Positions 20,001 through 28,540 of a stretch of DNA of 64,000 nt are shown here, piece by piece. A model generated the notes under the pieces. The model saw nothing but the letters and a program-made list of their open reading frames with translations, ran no database searches and was not told the DNA's origin. Position 1 is the stretch's first letter, and the number at the start of each line of letters is the position of its first letter. Source of the DNA: Candidatus Nomurabacteria bacterium (lineage in GTDB: Bacteria > Patescibacteriota > Saccharimonadia > Saccharimonadales > CAIOMD01); NCBI GenBank assembly GCA_020631975.1, contig JACKGO010000001.1:3409-67408 (forward strand). The letters are read 5' to 3'. The position numbers and the translations under genes are program-made.

Positions 20001-21125
20001 AAAGGTTTAGTACTACAATCTGTTTCTGGCCAGTTAGCCAACGTTTTTGAAGTCCAAACAGACGGCGGCGTGCCAGTAGTGGCCGCCAGTTCAGATGGTT
20101 TACTATCACTTGGTAGTGATATTTCTGGATCGTCTAATCAAGGTAGATTACTGTTACACGATGGCATTAATGCCAATGGCTTTACCAGCGTGCTGGGCGT
20201 TACGTCACTTACCGCATCAAGGAATATTGACCTACCAGATGCCAGCGGAACGGTCTGTATTAGCGGCAGCGACGCCTGTGGCTTTATATTAATTGCCCCG
20301 GGGAGTGCCCAACAAGACAACTCAACCAATAATAGCCTATACATAAATAAAACAGGTGCATCAGGCGACATCCTCAACTTACAAAAGAATGGAACGTCGG
20401 TGCTAAGAATGGTGAATAGCGGTGCTTTACAGCTATCACTTACCAGTAGCACGGCTTTCACTGTTAAAAATGGCAGTGGTGTAGACTACTTTAATGTCGA
20501 TACCAACGGTGGGCTCATACGCATAGGTGGTGCAAGTGCAGATGCTAACGGTGTGCTACTAGTGCTTGATACTAAGAATACATCTGGCGATCCAACAGGT
20601 ACGGATGGTGGTATGTATTATAACAGCGCTTCAGGTAAGTTTAGATGTTATGAAGGTGGCGAATGGATTGATTGTATTGGTACGCGTCAAGTCAGGAGCT
20701 TTATAGATACGACATCTGATTCTGCAGTAGACTCTAACACAACATCATACTGGGATACCAGCGGTGAGAATAATAATTCGGTTCCTAACTTTTCACCAAG
20801 CACCACGGCTAAGTCTATAACTGGTAGCATATCTATGGAAGTGTCTTCGGCCACCACTGCTGACCGTTCTATTGTTGCACGGGTAGAAAGAAGTATTGGA
20901 TCGCCGGCGGCCTGTGGCAGTGGTACCCCTGTTGGAACCATCCTAAGTACTTTTACTACCAATAATGGTGAACAGGCTTCAAATACAATGATATTCCTAG
21001 ATAGCCCAAATACAACCAGTGCCGTGTACTACACATTGTGTTCTGATACAGCCACCAGCAATGCAAGCAGCATGACCATAAATAGAATTCGTATCACCCT
21101 AGAAGAAGCTAACAACAGCAACTAA
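17046..21125 (+). CDS. Giant secreted/surface protein with tail-fibre-like repeats
   Basis: This is a 1359-aa ORF with an N-terminal signal/TM segment (ALFFVMLVSVAVYISIYAGNAGA). It has a duplicated motif GTIRW(S/T)GTDFEGYDGSxW and LGTxDxxxLxxxTxGLTR(L/I)xVSxxG repeats. The C-terminal GGMYYNSASGKFRCYEGGEWIDC module is shared with giant gene 1. Confidence 0.85.
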   Translation: MHRVYLAWTHAIHRITESKALRRSALFFVMLVSVAVYISIYAGNAGAAANNTINFQARVLKNTGALVPDGFYTIQFNVYSLASGGSTQWTETQVVTSKNGYITASLGSVTPFGPGIDWSQEQWLSMNINGDGEMAPRMKITAVPLAFRAVQADTLTTSSGTIAADQLTQLTPGLVQSVNSTNSALRINQNGSGGLLQLQGNGVDVFTLNKSGGLAIAQGLTVGNSGLTTAGTIRWSGTDFEGYDGSDWRSFTSGGSGGGSSGTPNLKTVVKTTNETVNNSATLQNDDELKFSIGADETWTYRFVLQANSGTTPDFRFAVTAPSGATCRVAYIDPEGATSNGQYGCGVSTTTVSGNGRVDVYEITGAVTNGANAGDVTLQWAQFTANASNTIVYAGSYVVATATTDVVSLDFTQNGNSFSQTAVLGTTDNFGLNVITNGLTRLSVSNAGAVSVAKGLTVGEGLIVGNGLTVTTGGVNITGSSIFSGSLQVSSGGASIDGGVSLTGGGLDVNSNGITNAGDIIGVGNSLTASGGLTISTGAGNSLQLDSGNDILILNDATVRRTASGTTAIELNDTADTLLSITNSDGTAVAGLSVEGAISAQSFNGDGSALTNLSASNINSGTLSDTLLSSNVALLNTAQSFSGIQTFGNGLVVGNTATAAAGTIRWTGTDFEGYDGSSWVSLTGGGGGGPAPLTVAAIQAYDNTGGTDLNSATPTAVPWDAETKKDTGFTHSNSTNNTRVYLDEPGWYKINYNISGLNQSGNRNTVFCQVRFNGTTYNSPSGSYSYARNNTDAGGTNSSSVYAQTTAANEYYEVLCSQSGSSGPQYAVAGSSWTIAEKTAAPAGSPGSGFLQGGNSFGAAAILGTSDVNDLEIVTGGLTRITVSASGDTTIAGLATISGNLVANANTLLNGDVTIGDAATDVLTINSDTLQLPNGLDIANGTLVFDAAGNKIGINASASNTLSVNTAATADSAAEVLIYTNGVNQKGLVLQSVSGQLANVFEVQTDGGVPVVAASSDGLLSLGSDISGSSNQGRLLLHDGINANGFTSVLGVTSLTASRNIDLPDASGTVCISGSDACGFILIAPGSAQQDNSTNNSLYINKTGASGDILNLQKNGTSVLRMVNSGALQLSLTSSTAFTVKNGSGVDYFNVDTNGGLIRIGGASADANGVLLVLDTKNTSGDPTGTDGGMYYNSASGKFRCYEGGEWIDCIGTRQVRSFIDTTSDSAVDSNTTSYWDTSGENNNSVPNFSPSTTAKSITGSISMEVSSATTADRSIVARVERSIGSPAACGSGTPVGTILSTFTTNNGEQASNTMIFLDSPNTTSAVYYTLCSDTATSNASSMTINRIRITLEEANNSN

Positions 21126-21199
21126 ATACTTGCGCCACTACTAGCCGAGAACCCTAGAGGTGTGGTACGCTTATGGTAGAATAAGGTGACGTATAGAAA

Positions 21200-21958
21200 A
21201 TGAAAACAATTGCTGTTGTAAACCAAAAAGGCGGGGTCGGTAAAACTACCACGGCTATTAATGTAGCAGTATATATAGCGCGTAGCGGAAAAAACGTCTT
21301 ATTAGTAGACCTTGATCCACAGGGTAATGCCACCAGTGGCTTAGGTATAGATAAATACGAGTCAGACAAAAGCATATATGACGTACTGGTGAATGATACG
21401 AGCCCCGATATTGTGCGACATACTACTATTGAGAAAAACCTACATATTATTACGTCTAACCATAACCTTTCTGGGGCAGAAGTAGACCTTGTTTCAATAG
21501 CCAGACGAGAGTACCGTCTTAGCACAGCTTTGTCTGCTATCGAAAGCGAATATGACATATGTATTATCGATTGCCCACCATCACTAGGGCTTTTGAGTAT
21601 AAATGGTTTGGTCGCTGCAGACTATGTATTGATACCAGTGCAAACTGAATACTACGCCATGGAAGGCATTGGCCAACTGGTGCAAACCATTCAGCGTATT
21701 CAACAAACGCTTAATCCTACGCTTAGTATTGTAGGAGTCGTCATGACGATGTACGATACCAGAACATCATTAAGTTCGCAGGTAAGGGCAGAAATAGAGC
21801 GAGTCTTTGGTGATTTAGTCTGTAAAACAGTTATTCCGCGTAATGTTCGTTTGGCAGAGGCACCCAGCCATGGTAAATCAATTGCTACGTATGATAAATG
21901 GTCAAAAGGAGCGCGGAGCTATAAATCGCTCGCAAAGGAGGTGATGCAACGTGTCTAA
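21200..21958 (+). CDS. parA: Chromosome partitioning ATPase ParA/Soj
   Basis: It has the deviant Walker A motif NQKGGVGKTTT and the overall ParA layout. It overlaps parB by 8 nt. Confidence 0.95.
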   Translation: MKTIAVVNQKGGVGKTTTAINVAVYIARSGKNVLLVDLDPQGNATSGLGIDKYESDKSIYDVLVNDTSPDIVRHTTIEKNLHIITSNHNLSGAEVDLVSIARREYRLSTALSAIESEYDICIIDCPPSLGLLSINGLVAADYVLIPVQTEYYAMEGIGQLVQTIQRIQQTLNPTLSIVGVVMTMYDTRTSLSSQVRAEIERVFGDLVCKTVIPRNVRLAEAPSHGKSIATYDKWSKGARSYKSLAKEVMQRV

Positions 21959-22820
21959 AAAAGGGTTAGGAAGAGGCTTTGATAGTTTAGTACCAGAAGG
22001 TACGAATATAGACGGTGTGACGATTCCAAAAAATGAAAAAATACATAAGCTTGCCATAGATATTGTTCAGCCAAAAAGCAATCAACCTCGGCAGCTGTTT
22101 GATGAACAACAATTGCAACAACTGGCTTTGAGTATTGAAGCACAAGGGATACTACAACCAATTATTGTTGCAGAAATTGAACATAATTTGTATTCAATTA
22201 TTGCAGGTGAACGCAGATGGCGCGCCGCCCAACTTGCTGGGCTACGTCATGTCCCAGCTATCATAAAAGACGTTGACCCGCTGCAACACTTAGAGCTTTC
22301 ACTGCTAGAAAATGTACAACGTGCAGATTTAAACGCCATAGAAACCGCCAAAACAATTCAACGGCTTCATGTTGAATACCAGCAAAGCTACGAAGACATC
22401 GCCCTACGGCTAGGTAAAGGCTACACAACCGTCGTTAATGCTGTACGGTTATTGCAATTACCAGAACCAATGCAACAAGCACTAATGAAGGGCGACATAT
22501 CAGAAGGTCACGGCAGGGCCTTATTGTCTTTAGCAAAACATCCACATGCTCAAATGGTGTTATTTAAAGCGATTCAAACCAAAAAATTGTCTGTCCGCCA
22601 GACAGAAGCCTTAGCAGCGAATGCAAAGCTAGATGCCGAGCGTACCAAAACAAAAGACGATGCAAAAAAATCAGTAACAAGTACGCAACTATCTAAACAG
22701 CTCACCAAACACCTTGGCCTGGCGGTACGAGTGCCAAAGTCAAACAGTAAAGGGAAAATTACTATTAGCTATACTTCTCAAAAAGAGTTTGATCGTATAA
22801 TACGGCATTTGCAAAAGTAG
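21951..22820 (+). CDS. parB: Chromosome partitioning protein ParB/Spo0J
   Basis: It has the ParB box IIAGERRWRAA and an HTH region, and it sits downstream of parA. Confidence 0.95.
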   Translation: MSKKGLGRGFDSLVPEGTNIDGVTIPKNEKIHKLAIDIVQPKSNQPRQLFDEQQLQQLALSIEAQGILQPIIVAEIEHNLYSIIAGERRWRAAQLAGLRHVPAIIKDVDPLQHLELSLLENVQRADLNAIETAKTIQRLHVEYQQSYEDIALRLGKGYTTVVNAVRLLQLPEPMQQALMKGDISEGHGRALLSLAKHPHAQMVLFKAIQTKKLSVRQTEALAANAKLDAERTKTKDDAKKSVTSTQLSKQLTKHLGLAVRVPKSNSKGKITISYTSQKEFDRIIRHLQK

Positions 22821-23598
22821 AAGAAAAAGTCTGGAACTCACTTAAGGGGAAGTAGCGCACCCATAATCTCCCTATTATGTTATCTATTGGTACCAAACCA
22901 AGCCCGCTATGGGAATCAAGTGAGCCACCGGGGCCTCGGTTATCACCAAGTACGAATAATTCACCTTGGCCAACGTCTTCGACGACTTTTTGGCCATCGC
23001 TATCTATTGGCTCTAGGGTGTTTTCGTGGTCGGTGCCTTTATCTGGGTTGAACCCACCAGGATTATCTATGTTATATATAGTGACGTTGCCGTTTTCTAT
23101 CACAACTCTATCGCCTGGCAAGCCAATAACGCGCTTAATAAGTTGTGTGCCATCGTTGGTAGGTTTTTTAAATACAATTACTTCGTTTCTGGCAGGGGTA
23201 TATTCTTTGTTTTGTAATTTTGCCATCGTTTTAGGGAGCTTTAATATAAAGACACGGTTCCCATTTTGAAGGGTAGGTTCCATGCTAGAGCCATCAACCA
23301 CATAGCTCTGAAAGACAAATAATATCATTAACACCGCAAACAGGGGAGCAAGTATAAATAACAGTATGGTGTACAGCATATTTTGGCGCTCTTCACGCCT
23401 GCGTTGCTTAAGTTGAGCAGCTTGATCAGGTTGCTGGATATTTTGCGGCACTGGGTTATTGTTCACCATATGAGGCGCACTGTTAAACTGAGCAGGTTGC
23501 TCTTTTGTGATAGGATGCTCACTAGGCGGCTGTGGTAATGGCGGCGTAGATGGCTTAATATCAAAACTCTTCGGGTTATGTGGCTCGTTTGGTTGCAT
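22765..23598 (-). CDS. lepB: Signal peptidase I (S26) with a Pro/Gln-rich N-terminal extension
   Basis: It has the VDGSSMEPTL (catalytic Ser) and GDNRGPGGSLDSH motifs plus a TM helix. Its 3' end overlaps the parB 3' end. Confidence 0.9.
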   Translation of the reverse strand: MQPNEPHNPKSFDIKPSTPPLPQPPSEHPITKEQPAQFNSAPHMVNNNPVPQNIQQPDQAAQLKQRRREERQNMLYTILLFILAPLFAVLMILFVFQSYVVDGSSMEPTLQNGNRVFILKLPKTMAKLQNKEYTPARNEVIVFKKPTNDGTQLIKRVIGLPGDRVVIENGNVTIYNIDNPGGFNPDKGTDHENTLEPIDSDGQKVVEDVGQGELFVLGDNRGPGGSLDSHSGLGLVPIDNIIGRLWVRYFPLSEFQTFSSTFANAVLYDQTLFEKYS

Positions 23599-23678
23599 CG
23601 TCTACATTATTGTAAACCAAAAGCGTTACAATGTGCCAAAAAAAAGATTATTTGGTATAATGTATTGACGTACATATT

Positions 23679-25352
23679 ATGGATAGATATAAGAAAATCA
23701 AGCCAAAAAATCAGTACTCAACAGATGGTTTTTTGGTTACCGGACCAAGAAAAGGCTTTCAGCCAAAGCGAACACCTGTAAATGCAACACCAAAGTCACC
23801 CCGCTTAAATCAGCTAGATAATTTTTCGGGACGTGATGGGTTTAGGGGGCAACGCACCCCCCAAATGCAAGAATCAGGTGATTTTGAGCATATAGAATTA
23901 CCAGGTGATGATACACGTGCTACTTCTAGAAAAAGCTTTACATTAGATAGCTCTCAGTCATTGCACACACCACGCTACAAGCGATTATTTACAAAGAATA
24001 AATCAGGTAAGAAAAAACATAAAAGTAAGCGGCGGGCATATGCAAAAATGGCACTATTTTTTGTCATTGCAGGGGTAAGTATATTTGGTTTTATTTTTGG
24101 CAAAGCCTGGTGGGACGCTCATAAAGCCCTCGGTGGTGGTGGGTCGGCGCTCGCCATGTCTAAAGATATTGACCCAAACAGCTTAAACGGCGAAGGGGAT
24201 GGCCGAATAAACGTGCTCTTGATGGGTAAGGGCGGGGATAAACACGAAGGTGGCCAGCTAACCGATACTATTATGATTGCCAGCATAGATCCTATAAATG
24301 ATGGCGTGGTGATGCTGAGTATTCCACGCGATTTATGGGTAAAACCAGACGATTTGTGGCCCATGAAGATTAACGCCGTTTATAACAGTGCAAAAGAACA
24401 GGCACTCTATACGAACCCCAAAGATAAATCTGCTGCAGAAAAAACAGGTATTAACGCAACCAAAAAGGTTGTGCAAGATTATATGGGTGTCAATATTAAT
24501 TACTACGCCATGGTAGACTTTACGGTATTTGAAGAATCGGTTAACACGCTTGGGGGCATTACGGTTAACTTGCCAGCTGCCTATAGCGACCCAACCATGA
24601 AGATAGGTAAGCAGTATCTTAACTTGCCAGCTGGCCCCAATGAGCTAGACGGTGGCCACGCCCTTGGGCTGGCGCGTTCACGATACGGTTCGTTTAAGGG
24701 GCAAGAAAGCAGAAACGACTTTGGCCGAGGCGAAAATCAACAACTTGTTTTAATTGCCATTAAAGACAAAGCCCTCAGCACCGGCACATTTGCCAACCCA
24801 CTTAAAGTGTCGCAACTCGTTAGCGCGTTTGGTAACAGAGTCCAAACAAACTTTTCTACTGATGATTTAATGCGCTTGTATGAACTATCTAAAAAAATAC
24901 CAAACGAAAACATTACCAATGTAGACCTCGCCATGAAAGACGAAGCAGTTGTTACAACGGGGTCTATTGGTGGCCAATCGGTTGTGTACCCAATTGCAGG
25001 TGTTGATGATTATTCAGAAGTAAAGAAATTTGTCCGCTTAAAACTTAAAGACGGTTTTATTATTAAAGAAAATCCTACTATTATTGTGCTGAATGCATCT
25101 GGTAAAGCGGGTGCTGCCACTAAGCGTGCCGATGAGCTAAAAAGCTACGGCTACAACGTAATACAGGTAGCAGATGCACCAGTCAGTAATGTACCTGTAA
25201 CGCAACTGATAGACACCACAAAAGGTGCTAAAAAGTACACAAAACGTTACCTAGAACTTCGTTTTAATACACAAGCCGTTGGCAAGGCAGACGGTGTAGA
25301 TATAAGCCCTTACATCGCTGATTACATTGTTATAATTGGCCAAAACGGGTAA
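23679..25352 (+). CDS. LytR-CpsA-Psr (LCP) family cell-envelope phosphotransferase
   Basis: INVLLMGKGGDKHEGGQLTDTIMIASIDP...LSIPRDLWV is the typical LCP core. An N-terminal TM helix and a LytR_C-like C-terminus are present. Confidence 0.9.
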   Translation: MDRYKKIKPKNQYSTDGFLVTGPRKGFQPKRTPVNATPKSPRLNQLDNFSGRDGFRGQRTPQMQESGDFEHIELPGDDTRATSRKSFTLDSSQSLHTPRYKRLFTKNKSGKKKHKSKRRAYAKMALFFVIAGVSIFGFIFGKAWWDAHKALGGGGSALAMSKDIDPNSLNGEGDGRINVLLMGKGGDKHEGGQLTDTIMIASIDPINDGVVMLSIPRDLWVKPDDLWPMKINAVYNSAKEQALYTNPKDKSAAEKTGINATKKVVQDYMGVNINYYAMVDFTVFEESVNTLGGITVNLPAAYSDPTMKIGKQYLNLPAGPNELDGGHALGLARSRYGSFKGQESRNDFGRGENQQLVLIAIKDKALSTGTFANPLKVSQLVSAFGNRVQTNFSTDDLMRLYELSKKIPNENITNVDLAMKDEAVVTTGSIGGQSVVYPIAGVDDYSEVKKFVRLKLKDGFIIKENPTIIVLNASGKAGAATKRADELKSYGYNVIQVADAPVSNVPVTQLIDTTKGAKKYTKRYLELRFNTQAVGKADGVDISPYIADYIVIIGQNG

Positions 25353-25366
25353 GCTAAGTAGCGTCT

Positions 25367-26119
25367 ATGGCCAAAAACTACTTACAATTCTTACGCCCAA
25401 AATCAGGTGTTTCTTCGTGGCTATATTTTGTATTAAACGCGGCGCTACCAATTTTAGTACTAGTTTTTGTCCGTTTAGACCTTGCAAGCATTGCATTTAC
25501 ATTAGTGCTGCTTTCTAAATGGCGCATATTTGCCATGCGTCCACGCTATTGGCTGCCAAACTTGCGTGCTAATTCGGTAGATATTTTTGTTGGACTATCT
25601 ATTGTCGTTTTTATGTCTGGTACCAAAATTTTATTGGTTCAGCTACTATGGACGATATTCTTCTTGGTGTGGCTGTTGTGGCTTAAGCCAAAGTCTAGCC
25701 AAATATTTGTTATGATTCAGGCGCTGCTTGCTCAGATTATGGCACTGATTGCTTTTTATCAAGCATCACCAGACCACGCCATTGCCACAGGAGTGATAGC
25801 AGTATGGCTGATAAGCTATTTGTCGGCACGTCACTTTTTTGGAGCTTTTGAAGAACCATATACAATTCAGCTTAGCGCTATTTGGGGTTGGTTCGCTGCT
25901 ACCCTTACGTGGGTGCTAGAACACTGGGTCATCATATATGTCACCGTTCCACAAGTTGCGCTCATTATTACGCTTGTCGGCTATATTTTAGCGTTGCTGT
26001 ACTACTTGCACAGTAACGAAAAATTAAAAAATTCAGTAAAACATCAGCTTATTGGGTTTATAACTATATTATTGATAATTATCATTGCTTTTTCTGATTG
26101 GCAAGCAAAAACAATATAA
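25367..26119 (+). CDS. Polytopic membrane protein, unknown function
   Basis: This is a 250-aa ORF with about 7 hydrophobic helices. It is tightly spaced after the LCP gene. Confidence 0.6.
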   Translation: MAKNYLQFLRPKSGVSSWLYFVLNAALPILVLVFVRLDLASIAFTLVLLSKWRIFAMRPRYWLPNLRANSVDIFVGLSIVVFMSGTKILLVQLLWTIFFLVWLLWLKPKSSQIFVMIQALLAQIMALIAFYQASPDHAIATGVIAVWLISYLSARHFFGAFEEPYTIQLSAIWGWFAATLTWVLEHWVIIYVTVPQVALIITLVGYILALLYYLHSNEKLKNSVKHQLIGFITILLIIIIAFSDWQAKTI

Positions 26120-26150
26120 ATTGTAACAATTATAGAGAGGTATACCCGTC

Positions 26151-27338
26151 ATGGCACCAGCACCGGTAAAACAAAGCGAACCAACCCCCAAGCGTCCTAA
26201 ATCAACTACGTCAATACCAACCAGGGTAGCAGTTATTGTCGTTGCACTCGCCTTTATTAGCGGTATTGCTGGTGGCTTTTTAGGGAGTCGTTTAAACACC
26301 AGCCGAATTACATCCCTAGACAGTACAGCAACGCAACAAAAAATTGCCTCCAGTCAGAGTGAACTTATTAGCAATATCGCCAAAGATGTGAGCCCGAGTG
26401 TTGTTTCTATAAATGTAGAAAGTACGGTGGGCAATTCGTATTTTTACGGCGAACAAACCCAAAGTAGTGCCGGGACAGGTTTTATTATTTCTAGCGATGG
26501 TGTTATTGTGACCAATAAACACGTCATACCAGAAAACACGAGCAAAGTAGCCATTACGACCAGCGAAGGTACAGAGTACGATAATGTAGACGTGATAGCT
26601 CGTGACCCACGCTCTAATGTAGACTTGGCGTTTCTTAAAGTAAATGGCGCCAAAGATCTCAAGCCAGTTAAACTCGGCGATTCTAGCCAAATGGTTGTTG
26701 GCGATAGTGTTATCGCTATTGGCTATGCACTTGGTCAGTTCCAAAACACTGTAACCAGTGGCATCATTTCTGGGCTAGGTAGGCCAGTAACAGCCAGCGA
26801 CGGCAGCGCAACAAGTGCCGAATCACTCACTAATTTGTTTCAAACCGATGCAGCAATAAACCCAGGCAACTCTGGTGGCCCACTGCTTAACATGAGTGGC
26901 GAAGTCATTGGCATAAACACAGCAGTAGCTGGCGATGCAGAAAACATTGGCTTTGCTATTCCTATAAACGACGTAAAGCCGCAAATAACCAGCATACTAG
27001 AAAAGGGTAAGCTCGAAGTACCATACTTGGGTGTGCGGTATGTCATGTTAACAGAAGCGCTGCAGCAACGTTTTGAATTAGCACGCAGTAGTGGTGCATG
27101 GCTGAAAGCTGGTAACGAAGCTCAAGCGGTGGTAAATGGAAGTCCAGCAGATAAAGCTGGCCTAAAAGAAGGTGACATTATATTCAAGGTAAATGGCGAA
27201 GAAGTAACTATAGAAAAACCACTTGCTTCTGTATTAAGCAAATATAATGTTGGCGATGAAATAGAACTTACCTACAACCGTGATGGTAAAGAGCAAACTG
27301 CCAAAGCAACCATAGAAGTCGCCCCATCCACAAATTAG
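26151..27338 (+). CDS. htrA: HtrA/DegP-family serine protease with a PDZ domain
   Basis: It has TNKHV (His), GNSGGPLLN (Ser) and a C-terminal PDZ-like region (SPADKAGLKEGDII), with an N-terminal TM helix. Confidence 0.9.
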   Translation: MAPAPVKQSEPTPKRPKSTTSIPTRVAVIVVALAFISGIAGGFLGSRLNTSRITSLDSTATQQKIASSQSELISNIAKDVSPSVVSINVESTVGNSYFYGEQTQSSAGTGFIISSDGVIVTNKHVIPENTSKVAITTSEGTEYDNVDVIARDPRSNVDLAFLKVNGAKDLKPVKLGDSSQMVVGDSVIAIGYALGQFQNTVTSGIISGLGRPVTASDGSATSAESLTNLFQTDAAINPGNSGGPLLNMSGEVIGINTAVAGDAENIGFAIPINDVKPQITSILEKGKLEVPYLGVRYVMLTEALQQRFELARSSGAWLKAGNEAQAVVNGSPADKAGLKEGDIIFKVNGEEVTIEKPLASVLSKYNVGDEIELTYNRDGKEQTAKATIEVAPSTN

Positions 27339-27375
27339 TATTTTGTATTTAATATGTAGTAGTTTGTGGAGAACT

Positions 27376-28200
27376 TTAGCTCATTACAGACTTCTTAAAA
27401 ACCTGGATGAACCCAGCATTATCTATAGCTGTAAGGCCGGCTTTTTGGTAGTGGTCGCAAATTTCTTCTTGTTGTTCAATAAGAGATTCAACAAAAATCA
27501 AGCCGTCTTTGGTAAGGCTTTTTTTGGCTTGGTCTGCAAGTCGAAAAATCAGCGCCAAGCCGTTTTTGTCCGCAAAAATAGCCCGTTGTGGTTCGCTAAG
27601 TACCTCGGCTGAAACGGAATAGTCTTTTGGTACATACGGCAAGTTTGCAAAAATATAGTCAAAACAACCCGGTACGGTATGTAGCAGGTTTGATTGAATA
27701 CACTGTATGGTAACCGCATGGTTTTTTGCATTTGTAGCAGCTACGCGTAAAGCCGCCTTGGATACATCTGTTACATAGACAGACAAAGCAGGGAACTCTT
27801 TTTTTGCACTAATTGCTAAAATGCCGCTGCCTGTACCGATATCTATGAGTTTGTGGCCTTTTGTTGGCGGATAGTGTTTTAGAAGATTAATAAAATCTTC
27901 AGATTCTGGGCGTGGTATCAGCACGTTGGGAGTCACTAAAAAATTACGTCCATAGAACTCTTTTGTGCCCATAATATATGCTATCGGCTCGTGATTACAA
28001 CGTCGTTTCAGGGCTGTAGCAAGGGTAGCTATATCGGCTGACGAAAGGGCAGTTTCGGGATGTGCAAGAATAGCGGCTTTGTCTTGTTTTGTTACATAAC
28101 TCATTAGCACTAGGGCATCGAGCCGCGCAGTTGTTATAGCGCATTTCAGTAACGCTTTTGTTGCGTTGGCAATCCACTCACCTTGTGTCATATCGCCCAT
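27376..28200 (-). CDS. prmC: Release-factor glutamine N5-methyltransferase PrmC/HemK
   Basis: It has the SAM motif DIGTGSGILAI and the catalytic NPPY variant ANLPYVP. The start is trimmed to MGDMTQGEW (ATG 28200, or 28191), because the longer ORF-track N-terminus is hydrophobic junk that overlaps a plus-strand promoter and gene. Confidence 0.9.
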   Translation of the reverse strand: MGDMTQGEWIANATKALLKCAITTARLDALVLMSYVTKQDKAAILAHPETALSSADIATLATALKRRCNHEPIAYIMGTKEFYGRNFLVTPNVLIPRPESEDFINLLKHYPPTKGHKLIDIGTGSGILAISAKKEFPALSVYVTDVSKAALRVAATNAKNHAVTIQCIQSNLLHTVPGCFDYIFANLPYVPKDYSVSAEVLSEPQRAIFADKNGLALIFRLADQAKKSLTKDGLIFVESLIEQQEEICDHYQKAGLTAIDNAGFIQVFKKSVMS

Positions 28201-28213
28201 TCTAGCACACCAC

Positions 28214-28242
28214 TTGACACCATATAATAAAAGTACTATAGT
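28214..28242 (+). promoter_or_regulatory. Sigma70-type promoter (TTGACA, 17-nt spacer, TATAGT) for the small TM ORF
   Basis: Hexamers and spacing were read directly. The ATG lies 11 nt after the -10. Confidence 0.6.
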
Positions 28243-28253
28243 TTTCATATCAA

Positions 28254-28469
28254 ATGAGTGAAAATACACAATCTTTGCCACTAGCAGAAAGACGTGCAGC
28301 AAAAGAAAAAAAACGACAACATGAAGAAATAACAAGAATGTTCATTGTTTTTTCCATTGGCGTAGCTGCTATATACGGCCTTATAACAAGTGGCTATATA
28401 GACAATCCACTTACTGAATTACACCAAGACACCTCAATCACCGTCGAAGACACCAGTGCTAATAAATAG
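28254..28469 (+). CDS. Small single-pass membrane protein (IDNP family, paralog of 30656..30901)
   Basis: It has a basic N-terminus, a TM helix and a conserved tail (YIDNPLTELHQDTSITVED versus LIDNPFATHPDSSVSIED in the paralog). Confidence 0.6.
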   Translation: MSENTQSLPLAERRAAKEKKRQHEEITRMFIVFSIGVAAIYGLITSGYIDNPLTELHQDTSITVEDTSANK

Positions 28470-28488
28470 TATATAGCACACACAAAAA

Positions 28489-28517
28489 TTGACAAAATAG
28501 CTAAAAAATGCTACAAT
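28489..28517 (+). promoter_or_regulatory. Sigma70-type promoter (TTGACA, 17-nt spacer, TACAAT)
   Basis: The sequence is ttgacaaaatagctaaaaaatgctacaat, which is related to the island promoter family. Confidence 0.6.
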
Positions 28518-28540
28518 GTATATTGAATAAGGTATAGATT

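Noticed and set aside
21200-22820. A parS site (TGTTNCACGTGAAACA-like) near parAB.
   Set aside because: I could not find a convincing 16-bp palindrome of this type by eye. A proper pattern search is needed before any claim.
28201-28335. The 45-codon N-terminal extension of prmC in the ORF track.
   Set aside because: The sequence is hydrophobic and nonsensical, overlaps the plus-strand promoter and small ORF, and typical PrmC proteins begin near MGDMTQGEW.
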